Shown in pieces: positions 1 to 10,335 of a DNA stretch of 32,000 nt (the stretch's first letter is position 1; every line of letters starts with the position of its first letter). The stretch lies in assembly GCF_020885515.1 (NCBI RefSeq), contig NZ_AP024987.1:1410001-1442000 (forward strand). The letters are read 5' to 3'. The notes beneath the pieces were generated by a model that did not search any database, had not been told where the DNA came from, and saw only the letters and a program-made list of their open reading frames with translations. A program made the translations under genes and the position numbers. Source of the DNA: a cyanobacterium endosymbiont of Braarudosphaera bigelowii (GTDB lineage Bacteria; Cyanobacteriota; Cyanobacteriia; Cyanobacteriales; Microcystaceae).

Positions 1-50
1 CTACCATTTTTTAGATTAGCATTTAACAAATATTACTAATCAGACTAAAT

Positions 51-1466
51 CTAGTTACTTACTGAGTTTGGTATTAACATTTGATAATTATTAATTTTCT
101 CTAATTGAGCAGCTACACGAATTAAAGCCAGCTCATCAGCAGGTTTTCCTACTAGTTGGATTCCTATTGGTAATCCTAAATCATCGTATCCCATAGGTAA
201 ACTTATGACAGGTAATCCACTAGCATTAAATGCTGGGCAAGGAGATATCCAGTTAATAATTTTATCTAAAGTTTTTTCAGGTGATAAGTCAGACCATTCT
301 CCAACTTTTATGGGTTGATGTAAATAGACAGGTAAGACTAAAATATCGAAAGTATCAAAAAAACTTACTAATTTACGAGAAAAAATTTGTACTTTATGAA
401 CTGCCTGTAAATACTCTCCTGCTGTTACAGTACGTTGTTGTAGCCAAATATTTAATGGGCTTAGAATACTCAATGGCAATCCAGCTGCTTCGACTCCTGA
501 TTGCCAAATAACTGTAAATGGATCAATTAAAGCTTCTACCGAAGGACATTTCTCTTCTAAATGATGTCCCAAAGATTCCAGAAGTAAAGCAGTTTTTTGA
601 ATTGTTTTTTTGATAATCAACTCAGTTTCTAGAAAAGGTGGAATATAGTGAGAAAAAGCAATAGTTAGAGGCTGAGAAACTTGTTTAGAAGCCTCTAGAA
701 AAGAAGTTTTAGATGTGGGCAACCAGTATGGATCACCTTTAGTATAGCCTGCCATTATATCTAACAAAGCTGCAGCATCACTTACTGTACGTGCTATGGG
801 ACCATTACTAGAAATTCCACTTTGGTAATCTCCCATAGGAGCATTAGACACTCTTCCTCTGGAAGGTTTTATTCCAACCAATCCACAACAACCTGCTGGC
901 CCTCGAATTGATCCACCCCCATCAGAACCTTGAGCAATCGGACACATCCCTGAAGCAACGGCTGCTGCTGAACCACCACTCGATCCTCCTGAAGTATAAT
1001 CTAAATTCCAGGGATTTCGGGAAGGTAAAAATCCTGGAGGCTCTGTATATGGAAACGATCCTAACTGGGAAGTCGCTGTTTTCCCTAAAATTATAAATCC
1101 AGCATTTTTTAAACGCTTGGTCACTTCATCATCATAACTAGCAACATTATTTTTAAGAGCAGATATACCATAGGTTAAAGGCATATTGACTACAGAGTTA
1201 AGATCCTTTATACCAATAGGAACTCCAAAAAAAGGAGGAAGATAATTCAGATTAGATATGGTGTTTAATTTTTTCGTCTTTTTTTCGGCATCTCTAAGAG
1301 CAGCTTTTTTTGCAACGAAAAAAAAGCTTCCTAGTTTTGAATTATATTTTTCAATTCGTTCTAAAAATAATTGAGTTAGATCTAAAGGTGTAATTTGACG
1401 ATCTAGAATTAGCTTAGCCAATTCTAAGGCAGGAGTAAAAGCTAAATCAATATCAATTGAGCTCAT
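51..1466 (-). CDS. Amidase-signature family amidase
   Basis: 471-aa ORF with the amidase-signature Gly/Ser-rich core (GGSSGGSAAAVASG, then GSDGGGSIRGPA). The N-terminus does not resemble GatA, so only a generic amidase call is made. Confidence 0.8.
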   Translation of the reverse strand: MSSIDIDLAFTPALELAKLILDRQITPLDLTQLFLERIEKYNSKLGSFFFVAKKAALRDAEKKTKKLNTISNLNYLPPFFGVPIGIKDLNSVVNMPLTYGISALKNNVASYDDEVTKRLKNAGFIILGKTATSQLGSFPYTEPPGFLPSRNPWNLDYTSGGSSGGSAAAVASGMCPIAQGSDGGGSIRGPAGCCGLVGIKPSRGRVSNAPMGDYQSGISSNGPIARTVSDAAALLDIMAGYTKGDPYWLPTSKTSFLEASKQVSQPLTIAFSHYIPPFLETELIIKKTIQKTALLLESLGHHLEEKCPSVEALIDPFTVIWQSGVEAAGLPLSILSPLNIWLQQRTVTAGEYLQAVHKVQIFSRKLVSFFDTFDILVLPVYLHQPIKVGEWSDLSPEKTLDKIINWISPCPAFNASGLPVISLPMGYDDLGLPIGIQLVGKPADELALIRVAAQLEKINNYQMLIPNSVSN

Positions 1467-1746
1467 TTGTAATAGATACTAAATATCTTGTAATTATAGG
1501 ATATCTGATTTAAAACTAGTATTGTATTGATGTACTAATCAATTATTTTATTATTAAGAATAATTGATATTACTTTTGATACTCTTCACATAGTCTTTCT
1601 GTAAATTTTATCTTATTGATAAAATAAATATTTTTCTAGTTTCATACTACTTCAGTAGTGTTTATTAAAATTTAGTAATGAGAAAGTTGATAGACATAAT
1701 TTTATGTAACACTATAGTATTAACTAAGTTTTCATTGTCCTAATAT

Positions 1747-2871
1747 ATGACTTCATTCCCCTACAAAGTTTGTATTACTTTAGGAACTCGTCCAGAAGCG
1801 ATAAAGCTTGCTCCTTTAATAAAAAAATTTCAGAGTTCCAAGATGCTTAATACCTATGTTATCTTAACAGGACAGCATCAAGAAATGGTAAGACAGGTTA
1901 TGAAGTTATTTAATATTGAGGCTAATGAAGATTTAAAGATAATGCAGCCTGATCAAAGTCTTACTGATATTACTTGTCGTAGCTTAAAAGGACTAGAAGA
2001 GATTTTTATTAAAATTAAACCTCAATGTGTTATCGTCCAAGGAGATACTACCACTTCCTTCGCAGCAAGCCTAGCAGCTTTTTATCAGAAAATACCTATT
2101 GGTCATGTAGAAGCAGGCTTACGAACAGATAATATCTACAGTCCTTATCCAGAAGAGGTAAATCGTCGCTTAATTTCTCAGCTTGCTCAGTTGCATTTCG
2201 CGCCAACTTACCTAGCTTTAGAAAATTTGAAGCATTCTAATGTTACGGGAAAAATATACTTGACTGGAAATACTGTTGTCGATGCTTTATTAGAGGTTTC
2301 TAGACAATTTCCTGACTGTAATGTTAATGGTTTAGATTGGAATCAGTATGATGTTCTTTTAGCGACCGTACATCGAAGAGAAAATTGGGGTACTCCATTA
2401 GAAAATATTTTGAAAAGCTTTTGTCTTATTCTAGAAAAATTTCCTAATGTTGCTTTGCTAATACCCATGCATTGTAACCCGACTATTAGGAAACCTATTC
2501 AAGATACCTTAGGCAAACATCCTAGAGTTTTTCTAACTGAGCCTTTGGATTACACAGAGTTAATAGGTGCCATTCAAAAATGTTATTTAATATTAACAGA
2601 TTCTGGTGGTTTACAAGAAGAAGCACCAAGTCTTGGTAAACCTTTATTAGTACTACGAGAAACTACAGAACGACCAGAAGCTGTTGAAGCAGGTACTGCT
2701 ACTTTAGTAGGTACTGATCCTTATAAAATCTTTATGAAAGTTAATGAGCTACTTACAAATAAACCTTTGTATTCAAAAATGACTAATATAGTTAATCCTT
2801 TTGGAGATGGACAGTCAAGTAGTAAAATTCTAGGAATTGTTGAAAGCTTTTTAAAAAAACATAATTCATAG
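1747..2871 (+). CDS. wecB: UDP-N-acetylglucosamine 2-epimerase (non-hydrolysing)
   Basis: 374 aa. Family motifs are present: GTRPEAIKLAP near the N-terminus, HVEAGLRT, and DSGGLQEEAPSLGKPLLVLRETTERPE. Confidence 0.9.
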   Translation: MTSFPYKVCITLGTRPEAIKLAPLIKKFQSSKMLNTYVILTGQHQEMVRQVMKLFNIEANEDLKIMQPDQSLTDITCRSLKGLEEIFIKIKPQCVIVQGDTTTSFAASLAAFYQKIPIGHVEAGLRTDNIYSPYPEEVNRRLISQLAQLHFAPTYLALENLKHSNVTGKIYLTGNTVVDALLEVSRQFPDCNVNGLDWNQYDVLLATVHRRENWGTPLENILKSFCLILEKFPNVALLIPMHCNPTIRKPIQDTLGKHPRVFLTEPLDYTELIGAIQKCYLILTDSGGLQEEAPSLGKPLLVLRETTERPEAVEAGTATLVGTDPYKIFMKVNELLTNKPLYSKMTNIVNPFGDGQSSSKILGIVESFLKKHNS

Positions 2872-2929
2872 AAATAAAGTTTTATTTTCGTTTAAATTCA
2901 ATTTTCTTTTTATTCTTTTAGTTATAACA

Positions 2930-4378
2930 ATGTTAGTAATTCATAATACTTTAAATCGAACAAAAGAGCCTTTTACGACTATTGAAGAGGCAAAAGTAAA
3001 AATGTATTGTTGTGGCATCACTACCTATGATTATTGTCATCTGGGTCATGCTAGAACCTGTATTATTTGGGATACAGTAAGAAACTACTTACAATGGATT
3101 GGTTATGAAGTTAAATATGTCCAAAACTTTACAGATATAGATGATAAAATACTAAACCGTGCAACAAAAGAAAAAACAACAATGAAGAAAGTATCAGATA
3201 CATTTATCAATGCTTACTTTGAAGATATGGAACGTCTTCATGTTGAGAAAGCTGATGCTTATCCTCGAGTGACTCATATAGTTGAGGATATTCAAAATTT
3301 GATTAAAGAACTAGAAAAAAATGGATATGCATACACTTCAGAAGGAGATGTTTATTTTAATATTCAAAGTTTTAAAGAATATGGTAAGTTATCGGGGCGC
3401 AAACTAGAAGATTTAAAGACAGGTGCTAGTGGTAGAGTTTCACTAGAGGATGTTCAAAGTGGCAAGAAGAGAGACTCTGCTGATTTTGCACTATGGAAAA
3501 AAGCTAAATCTACAGAAACATCTTGGGATTCTCCATGGGGGAAAGGTAGACCTGGATGGCATATAGAATGTTCTGCAATGATCAAGAAAGAACTAGGAGA
3601 AACTATTGATCTTCATGTAGGAGGTAGTGATTTGGTTTTCCCTCATCATGAAAATGAAATTGCTCAATCAGAAGCAGTTACAGGCAAAGAATTATCTCGT
3701 TATTGGTCACATAATGGAATGGTAAAGGTAGATGGAGAAAAAATGTCAAAGTCTCTAGGTAACTTCATCACAATACGAGAGTTGCTTGATAGATTTGAAC
3801 CTATGGCAATAAGGTTATTTGTTTTACAAACACATTATCGTAAGCCGTTAGACTTCAGTAATAAGTCATTAGTCGCAGCAACCAGTAGCTGGCAAACTTT
3901 ATCAGATGGTCTCTTGTTTGGACATCAATATGGCGAAAAATTAGGATTTAAAAATAATTCTTCCGTAGAACTCTTACCTGATTTGACCCAAAGATTTCAA
4001 AAAGCAGTAGATGATGATTTTAATTTTGCTGGCGGATTAGTAGTTTTATTTGAAATTGCTAAAAGTTTACGTAAAGAAAGTAATTTATTGATTCATACAG
4101 GAAACACCACATCATCGCCCAAGCTTTTGGAAGAACAGTGGTATACATTGAAGCATTTGGCAGGAATTTTAAGATTAGAGACTGATCAAAATATTGCAGA
4201 TACAAGTTTATCCAGAAAGCTAACTGATGAAGAGATTAACGAATTAATCGAGAAACGTAAAATAGCTAAAAATGCTAAAAGATACGCAGAAAGTGATCTT
4301 ATTAGAGATCACTTAAAAAAACACAATATTGTTTTATTAGACATGTCAGATGGGTCAACTACATGGCATTCTAACTAA
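2930..4378 (+). CDS. cysS: Cysteine--tRNA ligase
   Basis: 482 aa. Class I HIGH-type motif (CHLGHARTC), KMSKS motif (GEKMSKSLGN) and WHIECS zinc-site region. Confidence 0.95.
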   Translation: MLVIHNTLNRTKEPFTTIEEAKVKMYCCGITTYDYCHLGHARTCIIWDTVRNYLQWIGYEVKYVQNFTDIDDKILNRATKEKTTMKKVSDTFINAYFEDMERLHVEKADAYPRVTHIVEDIQNLIKELEKNGYAYTSEGDVYFNIQSFKEYGKLSGRKLEDLKTGASGRVSLEDVQSGKKRDSADFALWKKAKSTETSWDSPWGKGRPGWHIECSAMIKKELGETIDLHVGGSDLVFPHHENEIAQSEAVTGKELSRYWSHNGMVKVDGEKMSKSLGNFITIRELLDRFEPMAIRLFVLQTHYRKPLDFSNKSLVAATSSWQTLSDGLLFGHQYGEKLGFKNNSSVELLPDLTQRFQKAVDDDFNFAGGLVVLFEIAKSLRKESNLLIHTGNTTSSPKLLEEQWYTLKHLAGILRLETDQNIADTSLSRKLTDEEINELIEKRKIAKNAKRYAESDLIRDHLKKHNIVLLDMSDGSTTWHSN

Positions 4379-4393
4379 TAATAATATCATGTG

Positions 4394-5698
4394 CTATTCA
4401 TTTAATAGAGCTTCCACGAATTCATAGCTAGAAAAAGGTTTTAAATCTTGAATGTCTTCGCCTACCCCAATAAAACGAATTGGTAAACCGAACTGCTGTG
4501 CTATGGCTATCGCAATTCCACCTTTTGAAGTTCCATCAAGTTTTGTCAAAATTACTCCGCTTAAATGAGCAGCTTCTAAGAAAAGTTCTGTTTGACGTAA
4601 TCCATTTTGGCCTAAAGTTGCATCAATAACTAACAACGATTCAACATGGGCATTTTCTGCTTTCTTGTCAATAACACGTCTAATTTTAGCTAACTCCTCC
4701 ATCAAATTTGTCTTATTTTGTAACCTTCCTGCAGTATCTATTAATAGTAAATCAACACCACGAGCCTGCGCCGCTATCAATCCATCATAAACAACAGCAG
4801 CTGGATCAGTATTTTTGCCTGGATTAGCAATAACAGGAGTATTAGTCTTCTCACCCCATAATCTTACTTGTTCAACAGCAGCAGCTCTAAAAGTATCAGC
4901 TGCTGCAATAATGCAACTATGTCCAAGTTGCTGAGCTAGATATGCAAGCTTTCCAATTGTTGTCGTTTTGCCAGCACCGTTGACTCCTGTTAATAGCCAA
5001 ATATTTAAAACTTCTTTTTTAACTAAAATTTCTGAATTTTGTACTTTTTTTAAAGGAGAATTTAGAATATCACATAAAATATTTTTGAGATATTCAATTG
5101 CCTGTTCTGAAGGTAGAGATTCTTCTAATAATTTATCTTGCAAACTTGTAATTATATAATCTGTTGCATTAATTCCTATATCTGCTTGTAGTAATATAGC
5201 TTCTATTTCTGCAACGACATCATCGTTTAGGGGGCCTTGGCCTAAAACAAATTTTAATTTATTTAGTAATCCACGACGAGTTTTTCCTAAACCCTGATGA
5301 AGACGTGTTAGCCATTGAATTTCATCCTTTGTTACATCTTCTGGATCTCTACCCTGATTAGCTAAGATTTTGGCAGACCAAACAAACTCTTTATTCAAGT
5401 CTACAGAGGTTTCATTATTATAAGCTTTAGATTCAGTGGCATTTTCTTTAAGAGCATCCAAACGATTGGATTTTTGCATCCATGTAGGAATGTTTTTTTT
5501 TAGAGATTTATCTGAAGTAGAAGTATTAATGGATAAAGAATCAATAGTTTCTATAGTATTTACTTGTGAAGTATCTGATTGTTCTATTGCCTTTTCTTCT
5601 TGAATATGTTTGTAAGCTTTTTGTGCCCAAGATATGTAATATTCTTGAGATATCTTTTTATCTTCAGAATCGGGTTGATTATTAGGCCAATTAGACAT
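4394..5698 (-). CDS. ftsY: Signal recognition particle receptor FtsY
   Basis: 434 aa. SRP-GTPase NG domain with GVNGAGKTTTIGKLA (G1), DTAGRL (G3) and TKLDG (G4), preceded by a low-complexity acidic/Ser-rich N-terminal region. Confidence 0.9.
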   Translation of the reverse strand: MSNWPNNQPDSEDKKISQEYYISWAQKAYKHIQEEKAIEQSDTSQVNTIETIDSLSINTSTSDKSLKKNIPTWMQKSNRLDALKENATESKAYNNETSVDLNKEFVWSAKILANQGRDPEDVTKDEIQWLTRLHQGLGKTRRGLLNKLKFVLGQGPLNDDVVAEIEAILLQADIGINATDYIITSLQDKLLEESLPSEQAIEYLKNILCDILNSPLKKVQNSEILVKKEVLNIWLLTGVNGAGKTTTIGKLAYLAQQLGHSCIIAAADTFRAAAVEQVRLWGEKTNTPVIANPGKNTDPAAVVYDGLIAAQARGVDLLLIDTAGRLQNKTNLMEELAKIRRVIDKKAENAHVESLLVIDATLGQNGLRQTELFLEAAHLSGVILTKLDGTSKGGIAIAIAQQFGLPIRFIGVGEDIQDLKPFSSYEFVEALLNE

Positions 5699-5986
5699 AG
5701 TACAAAGATTGAATCGGTATTAGTATAGTAACTTATTAAGCATATTTAATGATAAATATTAAATAGAATAATCACTATATTAGTATTTATTTTATTTAAT
5801 ATTTTTTGTAAAGATAACCCATTTATATAGTTATTGCTTATAAACTTTGTCAATATGAGAGCAAAGAATAATATCCAAGCATAATTTATTTAGAAAAGTG
5901 GTTTAATTTCTAAAATCATACAGAGTAGTTATATTAAAAAATAAGTGGTATTATAGGAGACTGCAGTATTTATCAAACAATTTTTT

Positions 5987-6256
5987 ATGAGTTTGACCCC
6001 TATTCAAAAGCAAACCCTGATGAGTGAATATCAAATTCATGATACAGATACAGGATCAGCTGATTTGCAAATTGCTATACTTACAGAACGAATTGTACAG
6101 TTAACCGGTCATTTAAAGAAAAATCCAAAAGATCATGCATCTCGTAGAGGACTATTAAAGATGATTGGTCGTCGTAGACGTCTACTGGCATATATCAAAG
6201 ATAAATCCTTAAACCGTTATCAGGACTTAATTAAACGTCTTGGTATTCGACGTTAG
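5987..6256 (+). CDS. rpsO: 30S ribosomal protein S15
   Basis: 89 aa, the canonical S15 length, with typical sequence ([44 protein letters not shown]). Confidence 0.95.
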   Translation: MSLTPIQKQTLMSEYQIHDTDTGSADLQIAILTERIVQLTGHLKKNPKDHASRRGLLKMIGRRRRLLAYIKDKSLNRYQDLIKRLGIRR

Positions 6257-6327
6257 TGTATATTCTGCTATTGTTAAAATTTAACTATAAAAAAAATAAT
6301 AGTAAAAACAAAAGAATTACTTAAACC

Positions 6328-6361
6328 AAGCTACAAAGATGAAAAATTATCTTTGTAGCTT
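6328..6361. terminator. Candidate bidirectional terminator hairpin between convergent rpsO and chlG
   Basis: Perfect 13-bp stem (aagctacaaagat / atctttgtagctt) with an 8-nt loop. T-rich tracts lie nearby on both strands but are not immediately adjacent. Confidence 0.4.
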
Positions 6362-6412
6362 AAATTTGCAAAGTAGATTTTTAAGATCTGTTTAAGCAGA
6401 TTTAATTTATAG

Positions 6413-7393
6413 TCATACCACTTGCCTACCTAGCGCTAAGCCAACTACTAGCATTCCCAGTACTAAAAATGGTTGAGCCATAGCTTGGTATTTCACATCA
6501 TTTTTTAATGGATCTCGTAAAAAATACATATCTTGTAATGTTATCTGTGGAATAACTAATAATAATAAAATTGTTGCGTATAAGTTTTCATGAATGTAAA
6601 TTAAGTAACTACCAATTCCTATCTGAAATATGTCAATCATCATGACACAGATCCATGATGCTATCGTTACTCCAAACATAACAGGCATGGAGCTTAACCC
6701 CAACTTAGAGTCTCCTTCAATGCTTTTGAAGTCGTTAATAATAGCAATCCCTAAGCCTGAAAAACTATAAAATAAAGTTAGAATAACAATTGTATAATTT
6801 AGTTCCCCAAACAAAGCATGACCTGCCCACCAAGGTAAGGCTATATAACTAGCTCCTAATGCATAATTACCTAACCAACCGTTCCTTTTTAACTTTAATG
6901 GTGGAGCTGAATATATATAAGATATAAATGCCCCCCCTAAAGTCAGACATAACATTGTTGGAAATTCATGACTGCTCCAAACATCTAGCCCATAACTTAA
7001 TACTATCCCTAAGGTTAATAGAACTAAAATCTGTACTATTACCTGAGATACCGAGATCGCTCCTGAAGGAATAGGACGGTAAGGCTCATTAATAGCATCA
7101 ATTTCACGGTCATAAAAATCATTGAGGGTTTGTGTGTATCCTGTCATTAAAGGACCTGATAACACCATACAAGCTAAAACTTTTGCAAAATCTTCTATTG
7201 TCCAGAAATAGTTTCCTGAAGATGCAGCTCCACATATTACTCCCCAGATTAGAGGTACCCAGGTAATAGGTTTTGTCAGTTGTAATCTCAGTTTCCAGAT
7301 TGATTTTTTTTCGTAAATTCCTCCTTTCATTCCCAATAGTTGACGAGCTTGATTATTTGTTTTATTCTTATCAAGATTTGTAGAAACAGACAT
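6413..7393 (-). CDS. chlG: Chlorophyll a synthase (UbiA-family prenyltransferase)
   Basis: 326 aa polytopic membrane protein. It has the ChlG-type N-terminus (ARQLLGMKGG) and prenyltransferase motif NDFYDREIDAINEPYRPIPSG. Confidence 0.9.
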   Translation of the reverse strand: MSVSTNLDKNKTNNQARQLLGMKGGIYEKKSIWKLRLQLTKPITWVPLIWGVICGAASSGNYFWTIEDFAKVLACMVLSGPLMTGYTQTLNDFYDREIDAINEPYRPIPSGAISVSQVIVQILVLLTLGIVLSYGLDVWSSHEFPTMLCLTLGGAFISYIYSAPPLKLKRNGWLGNYALGASYIALPWWAGHALFGELNYTIVILTLFYSFSGLGIAIINDFKSIEGDSKLGLSSMPVMFGVTIASWICVMMIDIFQIGIGSYLIYIHENLYATILLLLVIPQITLQDMYFLRDPLKNDVKYQAMAQPFLVLGMLVVGLALGRQVV

Positions 7394-7591
7394 AAGCTAA
7401 ATTTAATAAATGTAGTTTACAAGATTAAAATATCTATTATGCAAATTCATAATTAGAAATTTTTTAGTGATAGTTATTCATAATCCATACTGGTAGACGA
7501 ACTTTTTTAAAAGAGTAGTGATGTTTATTGGCAAGAGCAAAATAAGTTTCATTAATATGTTATTTAGCTATTTTAAGATTAAAACAATACC

Positions 7592-8836
7592 TCATTTCTT
7601 TTCAGGATCATATTGTATTGTTTTTGAAATTGCAGATAATTCTAAGTAACTCGGATATTCACCATTTTCTTTAATATACTTAATTTCATCGTCAGAGATT
7701 GGTAAATTATTATATGAAGCAATTTTTTTAACAATATCTCCTCGATCAATTATTCCTACAACAGCACCAGCTGGAGAAAGAACGGTAATATAATACTCTT
7801 CACTTTCTTCCAACTTGTCAATAACTTTAATCAGCAGAGTTTTTTCTTCTACTGAAGATATAGTATCCAAAGGATGTGCTATGTCTCTTAACAAGCAATC
7901 TAAACTATTATTATACTCAATTTTTTTTAAATCCTTATTTGAAAGTAATCCTCGATAACGTCCCTCTGAAGCAGCAAAATATGCTGTTCCATGAGTCTTT
8001 TGACCATCGTACATATGAATAAATTCATATAAAGTGAGATTAGCATTAACAATACGGAAATTGTTAGTCATAACATCTGCAGCTGTAATTTCTAAAAAAC
8101 TTTTTTGTAACTGAGAAACACGGCCATAATTATTTGCATTACGTAAAACAAACCATCCAACAATTACTATCCAGAAACCACCTAAAGATCCTGTCAATGA
8201 AATTATAAACAAGCCTAGGATAATACCTAGCCATCCTATTATCCTGCCGCTTATAGATGCATAACGGACTCCAATAAAATAATCATCTTTTAACTTCCAT
8301 ACTATGGCTTTAACAATTTGCCCTCCATCTAAGGGTAGTCCTGGAATTAAGTTAAAAACTCCTAGTACAAAATTCATTCTTGCTATATCTTCTAACATAT
8401 AAGACAACAAAGGATGTAAGAGACTAGCTTCTTGATTTGGAAAAATAATATGGTTAATCGTAAATAAAATAATTGACAAAGCTAAACTAACTAAAGGTCC
8501 GGCGATAGCTATCAAAAACGCTTCAGTAGGTTTTTCTGATTCTTTTTCTATAATTGCAACTCCACCAAATAAAAATAATGTAATAGATTTAACATTAATT
8601 CCTTGAGTATAGGCGACTAGGCTATGACCTAACTCATGAGATAAAACTGAAATAAATAAAAATAAGGAGAGAAATAACCCTGATAACCATTCCAGCCACC
8701 ATGAATTACCAGCCAGTCCCTGAATATTAATCTCTTGTACATTAGATAAAGTAATTAATCCTAGAATTAAAAACCAAGAAGAGTTGATATAGAAAGGAAT
8801 GCCTAATAAGGAGCCGATTTTCCATTTTCTATCCAT
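7592..8836 (-). CDS. Site-2 protease family (M50) metalloprotease with C-terminal CBS domains
   Basis: 414 aa with multiple TM segments. HELGHS zinc motif, a downstream NLIPGLPLDGG motif, and a soluble CBS-pair-like C-terminal half. Confidence 0.85.
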   Translation of the reverse strand: MDRKWKIGSLLGIPFYINSSWFLILGLITLSNVQEINIQGLAGNSWWLEWLSGLFLSLFLFISVLSHELGHSLVAYTQGINVKSITLFLFGGVAIIEKESEKPTEAFLIAIAGPLVSLALSIILFTINHIIFPNQEASLLHPLLSYMLEDIARMNFVLGVFNLIPGLPLDGGQIVKAIVWKLKDDYFIGVRYASISGRIIGWLGIILGLFIISLTGSLGGFWIVIVGWFVLRNANNYGRVSQLQKSFLEITAADVMTNNFRIVNANLTLYEFIHMYDGQKTHGTAYFAASEGRYRGLLSNKDLKKIEYNNSLDCLLRDIAHPLDTISSVEEKTLLIKVIDKLEESEEYYITVLSPAGAVVGIIDRGDIVKKIASYNNLPISDDEIKYIKENGEYPSYLELSAISKTIQYDPEKK

Positions 8837-9288
8837 GATTTAGAAGGTGTAAGAATTGATTTTTTATTAATATCTAAGTCTAAGTAGATAGTTTCACTAT
8901 ACCGAATGTTGAAACAGAGTTCATCATTTAGTCTTTGAATAAAATATTTAAAATATTTGTTAACACTTATAAACTCTAACCTAGATTCTATTATTATAAA
9001 AGTTATATATAGAAAATATAGTAACTATTAATTAAAATATAACTAAATATCTATCAAGATAATTGATCTTAATTATTTTGAAGATTGCTGAAGAGTATAA
9101 GGATATTATTACCTTACTGTACTTTAATAATATCAGAGTAAAAGTTTCTAATTCAAAAGATAATGATGCAATAAGACCTTAAATAAGATAATAGATAAGG
9201 AAAGGCTCATTTATTATCTTATTCAAGTACTAAGAAATTAAATTTATTATTGACAGATATTAAAACATTAATTAATGTAGCATTGTAG

Positions 9289-10200
9289 CAATCTAAACTA
9301 ATTATAGTTTGGTGGTCTGGAAATGCGCGTTTAGCTAATTTATCTGATAAGTAGCTTACTGCACACGTGGTTTGCGCAGTATTAATTATGTTTTAAGCAG
9401 GAGTATTTTGTTTATTTGAAGTAGCGCATTATTCTACTAATATTTTTATGGGAGAACAAAACTTGATTTTGATTCCTCATTTAGCTAGTTTAAGAATAGT
9501 TGTTAGTAAAGGTGATCAATTTAGTTATGCTTATCAATATTTTATTATTGGTGTTATGTATTTAATTCTCTCAGCTGTTTTAGATGCAGGAGTTCTTTTC
9601 ATTCTAAATTAGTATTTACTCTTAGTCATCATTTACTTATATCAAGGTGAGAAGTTTTTTTGTTCGTTTTCTGGTTCTCCTTACATGGAGTTTATGATTC
9701 CATAATTGGAGATATAAGAAATGTTAACTCCCCTAGACTTAATCCAATAACCATTTTTAGTTATCAAATTCACTTTGTTGATACTAACTCTTTAGCAGAT
9801 CTAGTTGGTGGACATATTTATATAGTGATCGCACTCATTCTTGATGGAGTATAGTATATATTTACTGCTTCTTTAAAATAGACTCAAAGTTTATTTGTAT
9901 TTTTTCGGAGAAGCCTTTTTATCCTAAGCTTTCGGTAGTTTAGCTGTTTGTAAATCTACAGATGTGGCTTATTGCCTTCACGACATATTAGCTTATACTA
10001 CAGATTTTTATTTTTTAGAGCTAAGATTTAGCATTGCTCATTATTTTGCAGACAACATGATACTTTCTAATGGTCTACATAGTGCTCGTATATGGCTGGC
10101 CAATGCACATTTCTTTTTACAAAATCATACTTTAAGAGCTATTGAACTTAAATTTAAGTGCATAGCAAAAGCTTCTACAGTATTAGGGATGAATTAAATA
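9289..10200 (+). pseudogene. Possible decayed membrane-protein gene (stop- and frameshift-interrupted remnants)
   Basis: Frame 1 reads ..VWWSGNARLANLSDK*LTAHVVCAVLIMF*AGVFCLFEVAHYSTNIFMGEQNLILIPHLASLRIVVSKGDQFSYAYQYFIIGVMYLILSAVLDAGVLFILN* (in-frame TAG at 9352, TAA at 9394, TAG at 9610). Open stretches follow at 9651-9854 (frame 3) and 9964-10197 (frame 1). Local GC is higher than the flanks. No family was recognised, so this is weak. Confidence 0.25.
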
Positions 10201-10296
10201 AACATAAAATTCAAAAAGTCATTAGACTATAAAATTGAGTTATGTACAATTAATTAAAATCTATCACAAATAGTTCAAACTTGATGGAAATGAGCA

Positions 10297-10335
10297 ATAA
10301 CACTGTCTATACGTTAGTTGTATAGATAGTGTTAT
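10297..10335 (+). terminator. Orphan stem-loop, possibly the terminator of the decayed upstream gene or the 3' end of an sRNA
   Basis: 16-bp stem (ataacactgtctatac / gtatagatagtgttat, one G-U pair) with a 7-nt loop, followed by atctttct. It lies about 100 nt after the last open stretch of the putative pseudogene. Confidence 0.35.

Noticed and set aside
281-1096. Tracked + strand ORFs 281-511 and 908-1096
   Set aside because: Both lie entirely antisense within the well-supported amidase CDS. They have low-complexity, AT-biased translations and no recognisable motifs.
4968-5159. Tracked + strand ORF inside ftsY
   Set aside because: It is antisense to the conserved FtsY NG domain and has no motif support.
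5955-5959. AGGAG upstream of rpsO as its Shine-Dalgarno sequence, and repeated AAGTGGT motifs (about 5895 and 5943) as an S15 autoregulatory structure
   Set aside because: AGGAG is about 28 nt from the ATG, too far for an SD. I could not fold a convincing pseudoknot or three-way junction by eye, so the S15-leader idea is speculation without support.
9660-10197. Tracked ORFs 9660-9854 (TTG start) and 9964-10197 (GTG start) as functional genes
   Set aside because: They have non-ATG starts, no ribosome-binding context and no recognisable family. They sit in a region that looks like decayed coding sequence, so I treat them as possible pseudogene fragments rather than genes.
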